A program made the position numbers and the translations under genes. From a virus, in the UHGV virus genome UHGV-0097752: a DNA stretch of 19,920 nt. One strand, given 5' to 3'. Below the pieces are notes generated by a model, which ran no database searches, had not been told where the DNA came from, and saw only the letters and a list, made by a program, of their open reading frames with translations. Position 1 is the first letter of the stretch. Every line of letters begins with the position of its first letter. Shown here piece after piece: positions 17,301 through 19,920 of the stretch.

Positions 17301-17928
17301 TGTACCGCTGAGTCTGAAATCTGTCAGTGACTCCGGTGAGTTTGAAGGGTATGGCTCCGTCTTTGGTGTAAAGGACAGCCACGATGATGTGGTGATGTCC
17401 GGGGCATTTGCTGCTTCCCTGCGGGCGTGGAGTGACAGAAAAGCGTTACCTGCGCTGCTCTGGCAGCACCGCATGGATGAGCCCATCGGTGTTTACACCG
17501 AAATGAAGGAAGACGATGTCGGGCTTTACGTCAGGGGGCGGTTGCTCATTGATGATGATCCCCTGGCAAAACGCGCACATGCACACATGAAGGCCGGTTC
17601 GTTAACCGGCCTTTCTATTGGGTACGTCTTGAAAGACTGGGAATACGACCGGAGCAAAGAAGCCTTTCTGCTGAAAGAAATCGACCTCTGGGAAGTCAGT
17701 CTGGTGACGTTCCCGTCTAACGACGAGGCGCGGATCAGCGACGTCAAGAACGCACTGGCCCGCGGGGAAATCCCCGAACAGAAAAAAATCGAAAGAGTCC
17801 TGCGTGATGTCGGACTCTCCCGTACCCAGGCCAAAGCATTCATGGCCGGGGGCTATGGCGCACTGTCCCTGCGCGACGCTGAGGATGTGGGCTCTGCACT
17901 GAATGCACTGAAAAATCTGAACTTCTAA
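17278..17928 (+). CDS. Prohead maturation protease (HK97 family)
   Basis: Track ORF 17242-17928; start more likely ATG 17278 (MQTKQRLDV...). Between portal and major capsid as in HK97; active-site residues not individually verified. Confidence 0.8.
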   Translation: MQTKQRLDVPLSLKSVSDSGEFEGYGSVFGVKDSHDDVVMSGAFAASLRAWSDRKALPALLWQHRMDEPIGVYTEMKEDDVGLYVRGRLLIDDDPLAKRAHAHMKAGSLTGLSIGYVLKDWEYDRSKEAFLLKEIDLWEVSLVTFPSNDEARISDVKNALARGEIPEQKKIERVLRDVGLSRTQAKAFMAGGYGALSLRDAEDVGSALNALKNLNF

Positions 17929-17942
17929 TCAGGAGAAATACG

Positions 17943-19148
17943 ATGGCGGTTGATATTAAAGATGTCGAACAGGTCGCGCAGGAGCTGCAGCAGAAGTTTG
18001 ACGACTTCAAGGCAAAGAACGACAAGCGCGTGGATGCGATTGAGCAGGAAAAAGGCAAACTTGCCGGACAGGTGGAAACCCTGAACGGGAAACTCAGCGA
18101 GCTGGAAAATCTCAAAAGCGACCTTGAAAAAGAGCTGCTTGAGCTGAAACGTCCGGCAGGTGGAGCGCAAAATAAACTGGCCACCGAGCATAAAGAGGCG
18201 TTTGTGGGCTTCCTGCGTAAAGGCCGTGAAGACGGTCTGCGCGATCTGGAGCGTAAGGCATTGCAGGTGGGTACCGATGAAGACGGTGGCTACGCCGTGC
18301 CGGAAGAACTGGATCGCAACATTCTTAACCTGCTGAAAGATGAAGTGGTGATGCGTCAGGAAGCCACGGTGATCACCGTTGGCGGTTCCGACTACAAAAA
18401 ACTGGTGAATCTGGGCGGTACGGCTTCCGGATGGGTGGGGGAAACGGATACGCGATCCCAGACTGCCACCTCCAGACTGGAGCTGATTGAACCTCTCATG
18501 GGGGAAATCTACGGCAACCCGCAGGCTACCCAGAAAATGCTGGACGATGCCTTCTTCAACGTGGAGGCCTGGATCAACAGCGAGCTGGCAACCGAATTTG
18601 CCGAACAGGAAGAAATTGCCTTTACCTCCGGCGATGGCACCAAGAAGCCGAAAGGGTTCCTGGCGTATGAATCCACGGATGAAACCGATAAGGTCCGGGC
18701 GTTCGGCAAACTTCAGCATATTGTATCCGGCGAAGCGACGGGGGTGACCGCAGACGCCATTATCAAACTGATTTACACGCTGCGAAAGGCACACCGCACT
18801 GGCGCGAAGTTCATGATGAACAACAACAGCCTGTTTGCCATCCGTTTGCTGAAAGACACCGAGGGTAACTATCTGTGGCGTCCGGGGCTGGAACTGGGGC
18901 AGCCGTCCTCTCTGGCGGGTTACGGTATCGCTGAAAACGAACAGATGCCGGATATCGCCGCTGATGCGAAAGCCATTGCATTTGGTAACTTCAAACGGGG
19001 TTACACCATCGTTGACCGTATCGGCACCCGCATTCTGCGTGACCCGTACACCAATAAACCGTTTGTCGGTTTTTATACCACCAAGCGCACCGGCGGGATG
19101 CTGGTCGATTCGCAGGCCATCAAACTGCTGAAGATTGCAGCGGCGTAA
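17943..19148 (+). CDS. Major capsid protein (HK97 fold family)
   Basis: 401 aa; N-terminal coiled-coil-like delta/scaffold region (QELQQKFDDFKAKNDKRVDAIEQEKGKLAGQVETLNGKLSELENLKSDLEKELLELK) then the capsid domain; follows the protease. Confidence 0.9.
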   Translation: MAVDIKDVEQVAQELQQKFDDFKAKNDKRVDAIEQEKGKLAGQVETLNGKLSELENLKSDLEKELLELKRPAGGAQNKLATEHKEAFVGFLRKGREDGLRDLERKALQVGTDEDGGYAVPEELDRNILNLLKDEVVMRQEATVITVGGSDYKKLVNLGGTASGWVGETDTRSQTATSRLELIEPLMGEIYGNPQATQKMLDDAFFNVEAWINSELATEFAEQEEIAFTSGDGTKKPKGFLAYESTDETDKVRAFGKLQHIVSGEATGVTADAIIKLIYTLRKAHRTGAKFMMNNNSLFAIRLLKDTEGNYLWRPGLELGQPSSLAGYGIAENEQMPDIAADAKAIAFGNFKRGYTIVDRIGTRILRDPYTNKPFVGFYTTKRTGGMLVDSQAIKLLKIAAA

Positions 19149-19197
19149 TCACTCAAGGGCGCGGAACCGCGCCCCCTGTTCTGACGGGTGAAGAATC

Positions 19198-19398
19198 ATG
19201 ATCCTGAAACAAGATCTGAAATGGTCACCGGACGGTATGCGTGTTGAGGTCATTCGGGCCGGTGAGTATGACGACGGGGCGCTTCCTGCCCGGGTGCAGG
19301 AGATTGCACTTCAGGCCGGGTTAGCAGAGCGCGGAATCAGTGCAAAAAGCAGTAAAGCGGCAAAAGAGAAAAAAGCCACGACCAGTAAAGAGGGCTGA
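19198..19398 (+). CDS. Small hypothetical protein (66 aa) after the capsid gene
   Basis: ORF with a Lys/Ser-rich C-terminal tail; function unknown. Confidence 0.4.
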   Translation: MILKQDLKWSPDGMRVEVIRAGEYDDGALPARVQEIALQAGLAERGISAKSSKAAKEKKATTSKEG

Positions 19399-19400
19399 GT

Positions 19401-19724
19401 ATGCTTCTGACAATGGAAGAGATTAAAGCCCAACTCCGGCTGGATGAGGATTTCGATGCTGATGACCGCCATCTGCAACTGCTGGCCTGTGCGGCACAAA
19501 AGCGGACGGAAACGTATCTGAACCGGAAGCTCTATGCACCGGATGAAACCATTCCGGACAGCGATCCGGACGGGCTGCACCTGCCGGATGATATTCGTCT
19601 GGGGATGCTGATGCTTATCAGCCATTTTTACGAAAACCGCTCGTCGGTTACGGAAGTGGAGAAACTCGACATGCCGCAGAGTTTTGGCTGGCTTGTCGGC
19701 CCGTACAGGTACTTTCCGCAATGA
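19401..19724 (+). CDS. Head-tail connector protein (gp6-like)
   Basis: 107 aa; MEEIKAQLRLDEDFDADD...LLACAAQKRTETYL pattern typical of phage gp6-like connector proteins; position after the major capsid gene. Confidence 0.7.
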   Translation: MLLTMEEIKAQLRLDEDFDADDRHLQLLACAAQKRTETYLNRKLYAPDETIPDSDPDGLHLPDDIRLGMLMLISHFYENRSSVTEVEKLDMPQSFGWLVGPYRYFPQ

Positions 19725-19920
19725 AAATTCGTCAGGCGCAGACCAGCGCAACCTACATTCTGCCGGACCCCGGTGAACTGAATAAACGCGTCCTGATCCG
19801 CCAGCGGGTAGATATGCCCGCGGATAACTTTGGCGTGGAGCCTCAATACCCGGTTACGTTCCGGACATGGGCGAAGGTTATCCAGACCAGTGCCACCACC
19901 TGGCAGGAAACCGCGCAGAC
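19721..19920 (+). CDS. Head-tail adaptor/head-closure protein, 5' part (runs off window end)
   Basis: ATG 19721 (ATGA overlap with the connector stop); MKIRQAQTSATYILPDPGELNKRVLIRQRVDMPADNFG...; open to the end of the window. Confidence 0.5.
   Translation, partial: MKIRQAQTSATYILPDPGELNKRVLIRQRVDMPADNFGVEPQYPVTFRTWAKVIQTSATTWQETAQ

Noticed and set aside
17925-18794. 289-aa minus-strand ORF antisense to the major capsid gene, plus 17840-18184 and 17526-17843 minus ORFs
   Set aside because: Antisense to well-supported head genes in a uniformly plus-strand late operon; repetitive low-complexity translation; no start context.

Overview
This window reads as a contiguous ~20 kb slice of a lambdoid temperate phage or prophage from an enterobacterial host, almost entirely rightward-transcribed after the immunity region. 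Left to right: the 5' end of an N-type antiterminator gene (minus strand, runs off the window), a nutL boxB hairpin, pL with three OL operators, a KilA-N-domain gene sitting where lambda carries rexAB, cI, OR1-3 with pRM/pR, cro, nutR, cII, an O-type initiator with an internal iteron origin, a TOPRIM primase-helicase, several small unassigned ORFs, a nin-type region (ninB, ninC, ninD, ninE, NinX-like, ninF, an AT-rich HNH homing-endonuclease-like gene, DUF1364-like, rusA, ninH), Q with a pR'-like promoter, two tRNA genes, the lysis cassette (S, R, Rz/Rz1-like spanins), a GrlR-like moron with its own terminator, and the start of an HK97-type packaging and head module (HNH, putative cos, TerS, TerL, portal, prohead protease, major capsid, connector, adaptor start). 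cI, cro, S, R and the operators look lambda-like from memory; N/nut, the replication genes and the head genes are of other lambdoid types, so the element is mosaic. The most interesting candidate for an undescribed function is the KilA-N-domain gene co-transcribed with cI, followed by the GrlR-like moron, the nin-region HNH gene and the small membrane ORFs after the primase-helicase. All family assignments are from reading motifs and recalled sequences, not from a database search. Minus-strand ORFs in the track that overlap the long plus-strand genes are treated as non-coding.
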